Shown in pieces: positions 1 to 12,592 of a stretch of 64,000 nt of DNA. The translations under genes were made by a program, and so were the position numbers. The notes under the pieces are model-generated. The model had not been told where the DNA came from and did no database searches. It saw only the letters and a program-made list of their open reading frames with translations. Location of the stretch: NCBI GenBank assembly GCA_905178155.1, contig CAJINV010000001.1, positions 543,643-607,642 of the forward strand. The letters run 5' to 3'. Source of the stretch: Amoebophrya sp. A120 (taxonomy: Eukaryota > Protista > Dinoflagellata). Positions within the stretch are counted from its first letter, which is position 1. Each line of letters starts with the position of its first letter.

Positions 1-672
1 TAAATTTGTCTAAGGAAAACTGATCTCGTCTGATACTGCGTAGTACTGTCGACTGATTTATACAAATTTGAAGATTCACGCTGTACTATACCACAAAACA
101 TTTGGATCTATTTCATCTTCTGCTAACCGTAACAATACTCACATAAAAAGCTGCTTGAGAATGGTCCATCTAGGACCGTTTCCCACATCTTCCCGTTCTG
201 TTGTCGTCACTGCCAGGAAAAGTAGCATTGTAGTTGTCCACCTAAACGGGAAGAAGTCTTCTAGAATCCGCCATCCTTCTGCGCAAACCGATGCGCAGCT
301 GCTTCTTCTGCTTTTTTATTTTAGTTCACGAAAAACTCTGCTATACTCCAGGTACTACCAAAGTTGTGTCTGATTCTAATCAAGTCTGATAAGCTTTAAA
401 ACTGATCGTCTGATAATTTCTCATGCTAAAATAGGGAACAATCTGTGAAGTATGTGAAAATTAGAAATTCGGTGTCTGCTATAGCTGCAATTCGACTGCA
501 CTACACACGTTTCGTATCGTGTGCCGCAAGTTCTGATTTCTGCTTCCTTGTCGTATGAGAAGCGGTTGAACTATCTCATACTTTGAATTTGTCTGAAGAT
601 TCTGCTATTATAACAAAAGGGTTCTGCTTTTTTCGCACATTTTCCAGGCATTATCGTGATGTCCCGGACTTT

Positions 673-2404
673 TTACATCGACGGATCGACGACGACGTTC
701 CTGTTGTTATTTCGGGGGTTCGATATTTTGATTTTCTCCATTTGCATAGGGACTTGGGAATGACAAATCAAAACACTTTCATCGCTTCCTGCATGACAAA
801 TAACCAAAAAAGCAAAGTACTCTTTCTTGATTCTCTCGATGTCCTTCTCGAGCTGGGTAAGCATTTTTTCTTGCTGCTCCTTCCGTCGCATCTTACCCAC
901 GGTGTCGAGTTTGGTCAAGTGCGCGCCAAGCTGGTATTCACTGTTCACTTCCTCCCACTTGGCCTGTGTTTTTTTGTTTCGTTTCGTTTGTCACGCATTT
1001 CAAATCGGTCATGGTATCGTCATGCTCATGCCTCTATTAGTTTTAGTTGTCAGTCTCAGTACTCAAAAATATAAGAAAAAATCATGTCCTCACCTTCAGC
1101 GCCTGAATCAGCGCCTCCTTTTCCACTGGGTCAAGCGGTCGCTTCTGGACCATCTTTTCCCGTTCCTCGTTCTGGAGGTCTCTTATGTATTGGTACTCAG
1201 CCTCGATATCCTTCTTGATCTGCCCGATGTAAGCCGGGACCTGGTTGTCGTGTTTTCGAGTGCGATGTTGATGAACAATGCGCATCCATTTTCACTGTGG
1301 TTGGGCATGAAAGAGGAAAAGCGAATGAATAACATGCAACAGTGAGTGAAGAGCCTGGTAAAAGCATAAGCAATTTTCAGCAACAGTAGAAATCCGAAAA
1401 AAAATCTCCGGTACCTTGCCGTAGTCGTCCTTGTTCAAAAAGTCTTCCTCGCTGTTTTTTTCCTTCTTCGGTGCCATCAGGATGTTCTCCACTGCATTTG
1501 CGACGATGAAATTCTTGCTTGTTACCTGATTTTTGTTATTGGAACCAAGGAATAAGTAAAACCAGATCATCTTCTACTTCACGCTGTCATGCTAGCAGTT
1601 CATACGCACGAACAGATGAGCAACTGAAGTCACATATCACAATGTCACGCATGCGAATGAGTAAAAATCACTCTGAAAAAATTGAGTATACCAGGTTCAT
1701 AATTGGCTTCTCCTCCTTCCCTGGAAGTGCTGGCTTCATCTTCTCCTTCAGTGTCGTTGGCTTCAACTTCTCTGGGTGCTCCTTCTTTATCGTGCCTGAT
1801 AAGATATTCAAATTCATTTTTCTTTTTCACGATCATGATCTTCCATACAAGAACGCCTTGACAGCGACTACAGGTTTGAGATTGAAAGTGGTCAACACTC
1901 GCTCCTGCATCTAAAACCAACCAAGGCAGCACAACAAGAAGATGAAAATCAGAAACAATCAGTTTCAAGTACGCAAAGTGGCGACCGGCTTGGCATACTG
2001 CTTTCCCTTCAGAAATTCCTTGGTGTCGGGAAGCTTGTCATTCGGTGCTGGCCCAAAGCTGCTCTTTGGCTTTCCGTACTTGTAGTTCATATCTGCAGCG
2101 ACTGGCTCGCCCGCTGATAAAGTTTTTATTGAGCAGTTTGATGCTGTTTTATTCTAGTTTTTGTATCAGATTCATTTTTTCCTGAATAATATCAACGAAA
2201 AACCACGGAGTGCTTTATGCATCTTCACAGAAACACCTCTTCAACGATTCAAATACCTAAATTGCTGACGCCAGGTCGTGATGTTTGTGCGAGATTGAAG
2301 GTGCTGCCGGTTGGTGCGAGCGCTCCTGGGAACTTGGAGACGTACCTCGGCCCCCTCTCCGGCTTGGGTACCTCGTCCTTGACGAGGTTGTAGATGGACT
2401 CCAT
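673..2404 (-). CDS. ENKUR: Enkurin-domain (ciliary) protein, multi-exon
   Basis: Exons read MESIYNLVKDEVPKP..., KPALPGKEEKPIMNL/VTSKNFIVANAVENILMAPKK...DYGK/VPAYIGQIKKDIEAEYQYIR.../WEEVNSEYQ...KMRRKEQQEKMLTQLEKDIERI, typical enkurin motifs. Introns appear GT-AG. Confidence 0.8.
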
Positions 2405-3546
2405 TTTTTTCTGAAGTTGTCCCCAACTCCAAAAATCCGATAAGGAAAGAAAAGAACTAGAGATTCAATTTATTGGGTTGAAAAGTTGATACGTTCCCAG
2501 TTTCTCCTGCTTATGTTTTGTCGAATCTATATTACGAAGATGAAACTACACGCCCATGGAACTTACTACAAGTACGACCCTTGCGTCACGTGCCGGCAGC
2601 GCTTAGAGGACACTCGTCAGCACGTGGTCCGAAGTACGAAAAAAAACGCTTTATTCCCCAAACGGACGCTCACTACTTCTGGTGTACGTCGGTACGAAAA
2701 CGTGTACATCCCCCTTTTAGGAAGAGCACTCTCATCAACTGCACGAACGATGTACTTAAATTGGAAAGCGGCCGCTCAAGAAAATTTCTTCTCTCCGTTG
2801 GACGATGCTGGTGTACGTTTTTCATCTTGCGGCGAGCTTCCTATATACTGACGATAGCTGCAGTTCGATATCGATACGACTCGGACTCAACTACAACTGC
2901 CAAGGCGGAGAACAACGAAATAAACTTGCATCCAGGTAGTTTAGTATGGTCGCACTTGCGACCAGCAGCTGATCCACTGCCGATCGCAAAATGAACTATG
3001 GTCTTTTTCTACTTCCGCTGCACAATTACGATGGGACTTCTGATTTTCTGATGCAGAGCCGCGTGGTCTGGCCACAAGGTAGTACTCGTCCTGTCGAACG
3101 ATTTATATTCTGAAGTCGTACCAGAGTACTAGGTTTTGCCCTTTCTATAGTACCAAGTCCTGTCGCAACGAGCAGCGCCAGCGATTCAAAAAGCAGATAA
3201 AATGTAGGAAGTAAGAACGTAGAAATTCATTTTTGCATTCATATTCAACCGTTGATGTCAACAAAAAGAGGTTTCCAAAACAGGAGGCACGACACCCGAT
3301 TCGTCGTTACCGCCGACCACGCCGAAAAAGCGGGAAGCAAAACGCGTCGTCTTCCAACCTTTTTTTTTATGATTCAAGAAAATAATGGAGGGGTCGTCCG
3401 GGAGTGCTTTGAACTTAAATCTTAGCATGCGCACACACAACTCGATGTTGGAAATGCAAATGTGTACATGCATAACACCGCCCTAAAGCAGCCTTGAAAA
3501 TACACTCCAAAAAAATTCATACCTGTTTCCGAAATAAACCCTTTTT

Positions 3547-3957
3547 CTAGCCGGTGGTTGGTGGTGTGTGGATGGGATAGATCAGCGGCACCATCTGGTG
3601 CATGTACGTGAAGGCCCAGCTGATGTATTTGTTTAGTTTTTTGTACTTTGATTTTCAAAAGTTAACAGTGGTGTCACATGCGTAGATAGAAGGAGCAACA
3701 TTTTCTGGTTTTTAAATGCTACCGCGAGTGCACAAAATCAAAACGCCAAATTATAACATAATTTGGTACAACATCCACATGCAGACGGTTGACATCACCA
3801 CAACCGAGCCCCCGATCATCCTTGCCTCTGATTTGGTGCAGTTTTGCGTTTCCCGTGCGACCAATTGTGACACAACGGCTCCGATTATGCCCAAGATCAG
3901 AAAGACCGTGGTCCCGGTGACCAGCCCGGGGGCCATGAAGCCGAGCGACTCTCCCAT
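3547..3957 (-). CDS. V-type H+-ATPase V0 subunit e, 2 exons
   Basis: Two hydrophobic helices, then CMWMF/WAFTYMHQMVPLIYP after a GT-AG intron at about 3620-3769. Confidence 0.85.
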
Positions 3958-5157
3958 CTCTTTTCTTTTTTGTGAAAAACTTGATGAATCTAAAATCTGT
4001 TTATTTTCTACTCGCCGCGTTGGCCCAGTGGGTGAAAGAAGAAAAAAAGACGTGGAATTATTGTCAGCACAGAACGGCAGGACGGCACACAATGTTTAAT
4101 ATTTTCAGATTGTGCAGCCGGCATTTAGTGGCGAGCGCCAAGCGTCGTCTCTGCAAGTGCATAAGATGAACCTCGCACAGAAATAAGGTTCTTTATATGC
4201 ATATGGAATGCACAAGTCTACGCGCCGGTGTCCTCGACCGTCGCAGACCACACTATCTGAGGCAGAAAAGAAACAGAACTCGAACACCAAACGAAAACAA
4301 ACAGAAACAGTGTCGTAGTTCCACACATCTTTGTCGTCGAATTGAGCTGGTGCAAATTCTACTTTTCTTTGTCTATTACATTTGCATCTTCTTGCGCCGC
4401 GCGTCTCGTTTAGCATATCCTTGTAGTTCTTGTTCCGTCGGCTCACTACCGAGGGGAATTTTTTAGGTACTGGTCCCACATTTTTTGCTGTCGACAGCAT
4501 TTTTGAGTGGACGACAATCACATCAATCGCTCTCGAAATTAAGTCGGCTACGATTGGATTGAAGAAAGTTCTACCAGGAGGATGGAAATCAAACACGACC
4601 TTCTATCACGCTACTTAAAGTTCTGAAACCACGAGTACTCGTCGCGATGAGAAGTTTCTAAGTACAAAGAGAGTTCAATGATAAAGCACTACGACACAAG
4701 CGCAGCGGCGGCTACGTCTTGGTCTATCACTAAATCGATGAAAAAGTTCAAGTGTCATTAATTAAATTAGTAATTCTTGCGACTTGAAAACTAAGATCTT
4801 CACGCAAATTGTAAAATTGCAAAGGCTTCGTTTTATAGTTCCACCACCGTTATTTCATTACCACCTGGGCGACGAATCGCATCATTTTTAGCTCACATCA
4901 CACGTACATATGCTAGTATCACTGATATCGCTAAAAGTTGTACCTTCTTGCCCAGTCTACAACTTGGGGCTATAATCATTCATGTTCAAGGTAAGGTAAA
5001 AGTGCCGCGGCTGTGCGCGAAAGGATTGTAGCACGACGAAATGATAAAATTTTAGTTAGGAGGAGTTTAGATTTTTTACCAAACAGTTCTAACTCTACTG
5101 GTCACAGCGGAGCTAGTACTCGAAAAATTCAAATGAAATCATTATCACGACATAGTA

Positions 5158-5306
5158 TATGCATTGCAAAAGTATCGTACTAGTATAAAATGCATTACAA
5201 ATTTTCCCAAGAAAAAAATTCAATTTGTCATGCTATTTCAGGTAGAAAGTTGGATTTGTCATGCATATCTGCAATTAGTACGAGTACGATACTTTTGCAC
5301 AGGATA
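5158..5306. mobile_element. TIR element (149 bp), intergenic
   Basis: TATGCATTGCAAAAGTATCGTACT...AGTACGATACTTTTGCACAGGATA flanked by TAGTA/TAGTA, with internal TTGTCATGC motifs. Confidence 0.85.
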
Positions 5307-6016
5307 TAGTAGCCTTCATAGCTATTTATCATAAGTAGAATGCCCCGCATAGAGTGCTGCCAGGAGCTCCGCATGGAAAGTATTCTGATGACAAAGTGCG
5401 TTAGTGACCATTCATTACTGAGAAAACAAATGAGGTTCTTGCGACGTACAGAAAGAGGACAGCTGTAGCATTAGTTGTTGCGCGGCACTGGTCCTAGAGA
5501 CGTACATTAGAAAATCACACACCGATGATAGGTATGGCTTTGTTTCATGATGATCCATAAGGCCGATACTAGCTTCGAACGGTAGTTTATGGTCCATTTT
5601 GTTATTACCGTCAACTAGTGCTGCGTGGTGTTCCAGCCGTAAAACGACCTCGGAAGATGATGATCGGACATCCGTGGACATTGCCACTTCTGATGTCGTG
5701 CCGCGGTGATTGCGTCTCACACAAACTCCGCAGCGTTTTACGTTTACCTCACAACTCTAGTACGTCTAAACCTTGATAGTATTGTTCCAAACCTTAGCTA
5801 GAACGCTCTGCGTAATAAGTATTCTTTTCTTCTGACCCTCGAATCCCCTTATCACAGTGATTCGCTGTTGAATCTGTATTAAAACTAGAGCAGCTGTAGA
5901 GTTCAGTTGCGTCAACGATGAATATTTCTAAATTCTTTACTTGTTTGCGTAATGTTTCTTTTAGTTTACCAACATGATCTTATTTCGCGATCCACCCGGA
6001 GCAGCGGTCCGTAGAC

Positions 6017-6272
6017 TATCAAGTGCAAAAATGTCTGGGTCTGGACGAAACTTGTGATGCAAGGAGTGGAATAGTGCGCACACTGTAATGCGCTGTCAAG
6101 CATGACAAGTTTTTCCGTGGTTCTGAGTTGCGTACTCTGCATGAGAAACTGCGTTTTTGCATGACAGGCAAGAGGAGCTCTTTGCGGTGACGCAACACAG
6201 AGTTCAGAGTGATGCCAGACTAGCATGACAAATCTCGCAACTTCCCAGACCCAGACACTTTTGCAGTTGATA
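6017..6272. mobile_element. Introner-like TIR element, family A, immediately 3' of the phosphatase stop codon
   Basis: TATCAAGTGCAAAAATGTCTGGGTCTGG...CCAGACCCAGACACTTTTGCAGTTGATA; direct repeat TAGAC. Confidence 0.92.
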
Positions 6273-6277
6273 TAGAC

Positions 6278-9200
6278 TTACATCCGCCAACGCGGCCGAC
6301 TTGGACTGGGTGCCCGATTGAAGGCCGGCGTGGGACTATCCCAGAAAAAAACTGTGTTACTGTAAGTCTTTTGGGAAAACAGCATCACAAGTTTGTCTGC
6401 CATGACAGGACAAACTTGTTATGCGCAGATAGAAAGGGAAAACACACAGGAGCGAGCCGATCATGCATGTCGAGCATGACAAGTGCAAACTGTTTGGCAT
6501 TTTCTGCATCACAGATTTACACTTACACAGTTTTTTTCTTGCATAGGGACTGGGGGCGCGCCGCATGTGAGACGACAGGGACTTCGTCGTGCGGAACGTC
6601 ATGGCATTGTATCAAATGCAAAAGTGTCTGGGTCTGGAAGAATGCATGTTTGTCATGCTTGTCTGGGATGACTCTTAAATCTGTCATGCACTTCACCCAA
6701 GAGCCCAATTGTTCTGTCATGCAGAAACGCACTTTGTCATGCAGAATAGGCAACACCTAGAAGCTCAGAAAGTTGTCTTGCTGAGCCAGCACTTGTGGCC
6801 TGCTCCTGATACGCTACTCGGCATCACAAGTTTCCAGACCCAGCGCTTTTGTATTTGGTACATTGGACGCAGTAACCACATTACGCGAGGGCGACGCAGG
6901 GCGCCCCGGCGAACCCGGTCGGCGCAGCAGGGGGCTATTTGGCCGCGAACCGTACTGCGGCCCCGTGGCAGCCGCAAACACCCCGCCTGGAGTCACACCT
7001 GAAAAACAAAATTCATGGTAAAAAATTTGATCAAGAAGTCCTGCAGGAGCAGATGCTGTTTTTCTTTCAAGGCACACGGGAGAAAATTGACTCTGACGCA
7101 ATTTTTAAAATTGTATCTATAGATACGTGTGCTCGGCGCGGTTGCGGGTCGCGTTGATTTTGTCCTTGAGTCAAAGAACATGTCCCTGCTTGCTTTCACC
7201 GGCCCCGCGTTTCTGAACGCGCTCATGCCCAGTCTGGTTGCGGAGGAAGAGACTGATGGTCCTGGTTTATTTCGTTTTTACTTCACTACAACTCCTGTGC
7301 TTTAGCTTTTCCATGAAACTCAAACTCGTGAAGATCTTCAAGTAGCATCAAACGTAAATAGTATTGTTCGAACATCTCCATCAAGACAATGCGTGCCATG
7401 TCAAAAAATGATCTGTACCTTTCATCGGTCCGGCGCTGCGCAAGGAGCCTAGTAGCCCGCCTAGGTTGGAGGAAGAGCCCAGCTCGCGACTGGTCGTCGT
7501 GCGCGCGGCGGGGCCCATATCATGGTAGTTGCCGTGACGCTGCGGTGACCCATTCACGCGGGCATCGTAGGACGAAGAGCCTGTGTGAGGATGGAAGAAA
7601 TTTTAGCATAATTCGAACTTTCATCTACTGCATATCTTGGAACTCGTTGTCCATCCCAAACAAAAATATCTTCTTTACGTCCGCCGACGCTGCCGTCGCG
7701 GCGCTGATTGCGCAGCGGACTGTCTCCGCGCGCTTTCGTCATTGGATCGTACCGCTCTACCTTGGGCGACGCTTCCCGCCGTCTCGGATACCTGTTTGAA
7801 TTTGTTGGTGTCCATCTTCTCATAGCACTGCTTACTATCCTTATTAACCCCGGACGCATAATCAAACATGCAGGTTCAAGAAATTATGCATGCCGCGATG
7901 ATCTTCAAGCAGTCTGCTCTGCGAATGAGAACAAGCATGTTGACGTCTACTTCTATGTTCGTATATTACTGTGGCGTCGTGTAGTCCTTTTCCGGCGGAG
8001 TGCCCATCCTGGTAGCTCTGGCCATGTTCATCCAGACGCCTTGCTGTTCGTCTTTTTTTACCCGGCGCTCGGAGTCCTGGTCGCTGTCCAGCGAGACCGA
8101 GGGTCGCCGACTGTTGCTCTGTGAGCCCGAGGAGCTGTGCCGCTGGTTGGACTGTGAGCTGCTGTGCTTGGGCACCATGCTCCGGGGGGAGCCGGGTTCG
8201 TCTCGCGTGCTACTGGTGGTGCTCACCCGGTCATAGGCGTGCATACTGGAGGAGGACAGCGACACCTCCTGCATATTGCCGTGCATCGGAACTCCCGACG
8301 TACCCGCATGGCTGCCCGGGTACCCCGCGCCGGAAGTTGAACTCAACGGCGCGTAAGAGATCGGCGTGACCTTGTTGCCCGCCGAGGTGGTGCTGGTGCT
8401 GTGCGAGCTCCCGAATTGGTGTGTGGGCATGGGCGAGCTGTTTGCCAGCAGGTTCTGCGGCGCCGAGGGTGCGGACGTAATTATACTATTGCTCGTATTT
8501 GAATGCTGCCGCGGCGCCTGCTGCACCTCCGCGTGTCGCCATGTCAACGGTTTTCCGGAGCTGCTCGGCTCGGGCGGAGCCGGCTGCTCAACGGAAGAAA
8601 CGGAAGATGGCACGCCGCTTGGTCCTATCGAGGAGTGAAGCTGCGTCGTTGTGCCGCCTGGAGTGGTCGTGTGTTGAATAAACATGCGAATTCAAAGAAT
8701 CACTCCCGCGTGGTCGAGGTCGTACGAGCGGTGTGAAATTCACCACGTAGAAAAGAAACCAACGAAAAAAATCAATTCAGAAAATCGTCACGACTTCTGC
8801 ACGTCGCAAACAAAAAATGTACTAAATGACCGAAAAATAATAAATACCCGTATCCACACCACCGCTTGACGCGAAGCCCTGACTTGAGGCCATTTTCGAC
8901 GGCGGGTCTGACACCCCGAGCTGTGGCGCAGCACTGCTTTCTGCGTGCAAGATGCCGCTGCCCGTGCTTGGTCCTCCTATCGACGATAGTACCGGCTCCA
9001 CGGCAGCGACCGGCAATTTCGGGCGCGTAGAGCTGCTACTGGCACTTGTGCTCGTGATATTATTGCTCGTATTATGACTACTACTACCCATGGTCGTCGT
9101 GGCCTGCTGCGGTGCTACGCCTATCGCGTGGTCAACAGCTCCAGCGGAGGAAGAAGATGATGAGGCCCCCGCAGAAGTCGACGAACTTCCGCCTGAGAGT

Positions 9201-10784
9201 TTTGCTTTTATTATCGACTTGAGTATAAACTGTCCGTTCGGCCCCGTTTTGCAGTGCGGACGGTCGCCCCCCGGCGTTTTCTCGAGTTTGCCCTTATCAT
9301 CATTCCCACTATCGGACCACTCCAGTCGCCGGTTGTGGGGGTTTTGAGAACCCGCTGTGCAGTTTTTGTTTTTGATTTTGTTTCCTCGTCGTGGGAAATT
9401 AATGACAAACCGGGGTCCACCTCAGTTCTACTTCGTGGTATCGCTTAATCCAGTTGAAAAAAACATCAAATATATAACAAAATTTTTCATCTGCCAATAA
9501 TACGTTTATCCTCCTTTTTGCTGAGGTTTTCGATGTGGCTGTTCATGTAGGTATTCCTCAGTAGCAGCTCGTCCCCATCCAAACCCGAGTTCCCGGGCGT
9601 TTCTGTTTTAAGTTGTTCGGCTGTTAGATATGGCAAGAATCATCTACTCACGACATCCAAGTTCCAGGATAGCAGGCACACGAACCTCAAGGGCAACATC
9701 TGCAAAAAACCAAAAGAAAAAATTGTATAGGTGCACAACCATGCGTCGATCAAAAAACTTTTATACCACTCCAGTCCACAGTGAACTTTTTGTTGCTATT
9801 TGCAACGAGACGGCGCTCGTATTGCGACAGCTGCTGCAAAAATGCGGGCTTGAGACTGATGTCGGGCCGCCGAGAGGTCAGGAACTCCATGGTTTTTCGC
9901 AATCCCCAGCAGTACTTTCGCATCATGTAGCCGGCAAGGACCTGGAAGAAGGCGGGAACATCAGAAACATTAAACTAAAATGCTTTCTTCGACCCTGCAC
10001 TGCATTTGTTTCGAGGAGTCTCTCAGAAGGCCTGCATATTATTAGAGCTTCAACCATATCTACTTACTTCGCAGCACGACGAGTTCGTTGTGTCAAGCTC
10101 AACAACTCAACACGGGGGGGGCTCAACGTGAAGATGAAGACCGAAGATGGTCCCAATAATAAATCATTATCATTCCCCCGCCTTTCTAGTACCACGCAGC
10201 TCCTGCTCTGTCCCCGGACGGAGTGAATCAGCACGGATTCCGCGTTGCCCAGCGCTTCCTCAAGAAAGTGAAAGCATTCGTTGGCGACGACGTCCTTGTT
10301 GTCCAGAATAATCTGATTCTCGTTGTCCACCCAATAGTATGTGAGGTACACCACTCCGATGGACTCCCAGTGGTTCGGGACGTTGCGACCTCGTATATGA
10401 GAAATAGAGATAGAAGAAGATAATTTTCACGATGACGATTAAATAATATTAATTGCGATAGTACACTGTAGTTTCGCTGTGCGCAGTGTCGCAGTTTTTA
10501 TCGAAACAAAGGAATTTTTCAACATCATCCCCCGCCGAGGCAGTCGTGCTTGTGGTTGGGGTTGTGTCATAAGCATAACGTCCTTTTGCAATAATAAATG
10601 CAACAAAAGAAATAAAAGTGACCATACCGCAGCAGTTGATGATGTGTGTGACTTTGTTTGCCACGACAAATTCCAGATCTTGCGCCGCTAGCTCATCGCC
10701 GATGAAGACACCATCCTTGATCTTGACGGCCCCGAGGATCTCGTAGCCCCCCGCGGGGGCACCGGGTCCACCTGGGGGCTGCAT
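6278..10784 (-). CDS. Dual-specificity phosphatase-like protein with long low-complexity C-terminus, multi-exon
   Basis: KIKDGVFIGDELAAQDLEFVVANKVTHIINC; FLEEALGNAESVLIHSVRGQSRSCV; AGYMMRKYCW...RRPDISLKPAFLQQL. The C-terminus ...RAPSPSRPRWRM* is rebuilt by removing two TIR elements. Joining of the middle exons is inferred. Confidence 0.75.
6337..6545. mobile_element. Introner-like TIR element, family D
   Basis: TATCCCAGAAAAAAACTGTG...CACAGTTTTTTTCTTGCATA; repeat GGGAC; removal gives RAPSP|TPAF. Confidence 0.88.
6610..6860. mobile_element. Introner-like TIR element, family A
   Basis: Family A TIRs; repeat CATTG; removal gives TASN|AMTF. Confidence 0.9.
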
Positions 10785-12592
10785 GATGTTGAAAAGAGTC
10801 TACTTACTCTCGGTGTAGTTGTTCCGGCCAGAAGTCCACCTCTCCGTCAGTTCGCCCCGGCACACCACGTTGCGCGTAGTCAGCAAGGAGCTGCTGGTCG
10901 TGCTGCGAGGGAGCAACAGAAACGGAATTCCTCTGATGTTGGTGGCCAGAGGAGGGTCTGACCTCCAGGGTTCCACCCTGTTTCTAGCTGTGCACCTGAA
11001 GTAGAAGAAACAGGCCCAGCATTTTGTGTCTGTGTGTAATTTCCTTGAATAAATAATCTTACAAAGTCAACATATGAGAAGCTCGCGGACGAGTTGAATA
11101 ATGTAATCAGTGCTGACTTCTGTCCGCGAAAATCTCACTTCTTTCCTCTTCGTCGCGCAAATCAATGCGACCCTAAGAAAGACGATTGCGTTCTTTCATC
11201 AAAGTAGACATGAGAAACAAATGATGACAGCACGATTGTACTTGCTCGACGTCCAAGCAAGCAAGGACGAGCCGTGCTGATTTTGACTCTAGATACCTAC
11301 TTATCAGTTTTGATGTTCTTGTCCTCTTGGAAGTACAATTTTACCCTAGTCTTTATCCGAAAACACTGCTGACAAAAGGCGAACACCCAGCGCTGCGTTC
11401 CGAAAGAACGCAAGAAACAGAGCAACACTTCTTGTCCACTCCTTGCCAACAAGAACACGCCTTCTGCTCTTCCGTTGTCCGTGGGAGGGGGGTTTCGTAC
11501 TTGCTACTGATAAAATAAGACTAAGTAATTACATACGCAGGAGGTTCTTCATCAAAAACCGACTCTCAGAGCTGCGCTGAGCTAAGCCCAAGTGATAGCG
11601 CTTTGCAATAGAAATAATGAAACGAAAAACGACGACTCGTTCTAGCCGCCGAAGACAGCGACCGCATAAGCAACTCGAATAATACACCAGCAACTCCAAC
11701 TCCTCGACCTCTGTGCTGGTGCCAGATGAAAAGCCACGATTCTCTCTGCGACGAAAGCAAATTTTCCGTACACGATCGCTCTGCAGGCAGAAGCTAGGTA
11801 AGTCGACTATAATAGTTTTACGACTGAGTACTTGTTCCTGCTCGTCCTGAGAACAACATTGCTAGCGCTTAACTGATGTACTATGTGTGTCAGCACACCG
11901 AAAAACTGCGGCATTGCGCTCCATGAGTGGTGCAGGAGCCTCTGTTTGAATAAAGTCACGACAAAGTAGACATCATGTCGGCAAAAAAAAGTTCCAAAAA
12001 GTGCGAAAAATCTGGAAGAACTTGGTTCATCTTCAAGTTCCAAACAGGTTACTGGGTCCCGAGTGCCAATGACAGAACAGTAATATACAATCACACGTCG
12101 ACCCATACACATGCACTGCCCTAGTAGAAACACTCGTCCCGATATGCCCTTCAAAGCGAGGAGTCTCATGTTCCAACTTTTGTGATGCAAGTGCTAGTCA
12201 CCTTCAACATCTCCTAAAAATCATATTGCCCTTCTTCATAAACAAACGCCAGAGAGGAGGAACGACGCCGCCTGCTCCTTTCTCCCTCTTAGCCTGCCTA
12301 TACACCCATGTTCCGAATCTCCGATGCGGTGCCACTTCTCGCCTCGGGGTCATATCAGATGGAAAAGTTCATGTCGTCTATATTTTTCAAATCGTATGAC
12401 TAATAGAACCCAAACAAATTTCCATATTGTAACTACTTCACTTCTATCATTTTTGCGGCATTTGGTCTGTGAATGTGTTTTAAACCAGCATCCGGTAATA
12501 TGCGCCGTGTGCGGAGGGAGGGAGTCGTGTTGGAAGCAGACGAAGAAGTGCATCAACAGGCCCTAAATTCTTATCGCCCAGTTTGAAGATGA

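Noticed and set aside
2486-2994. Two overlapping + strand ORFs of 121 and 158 aa
   Set aside because: No motif or clear codon bias, and they lie against the strand of the cluster.
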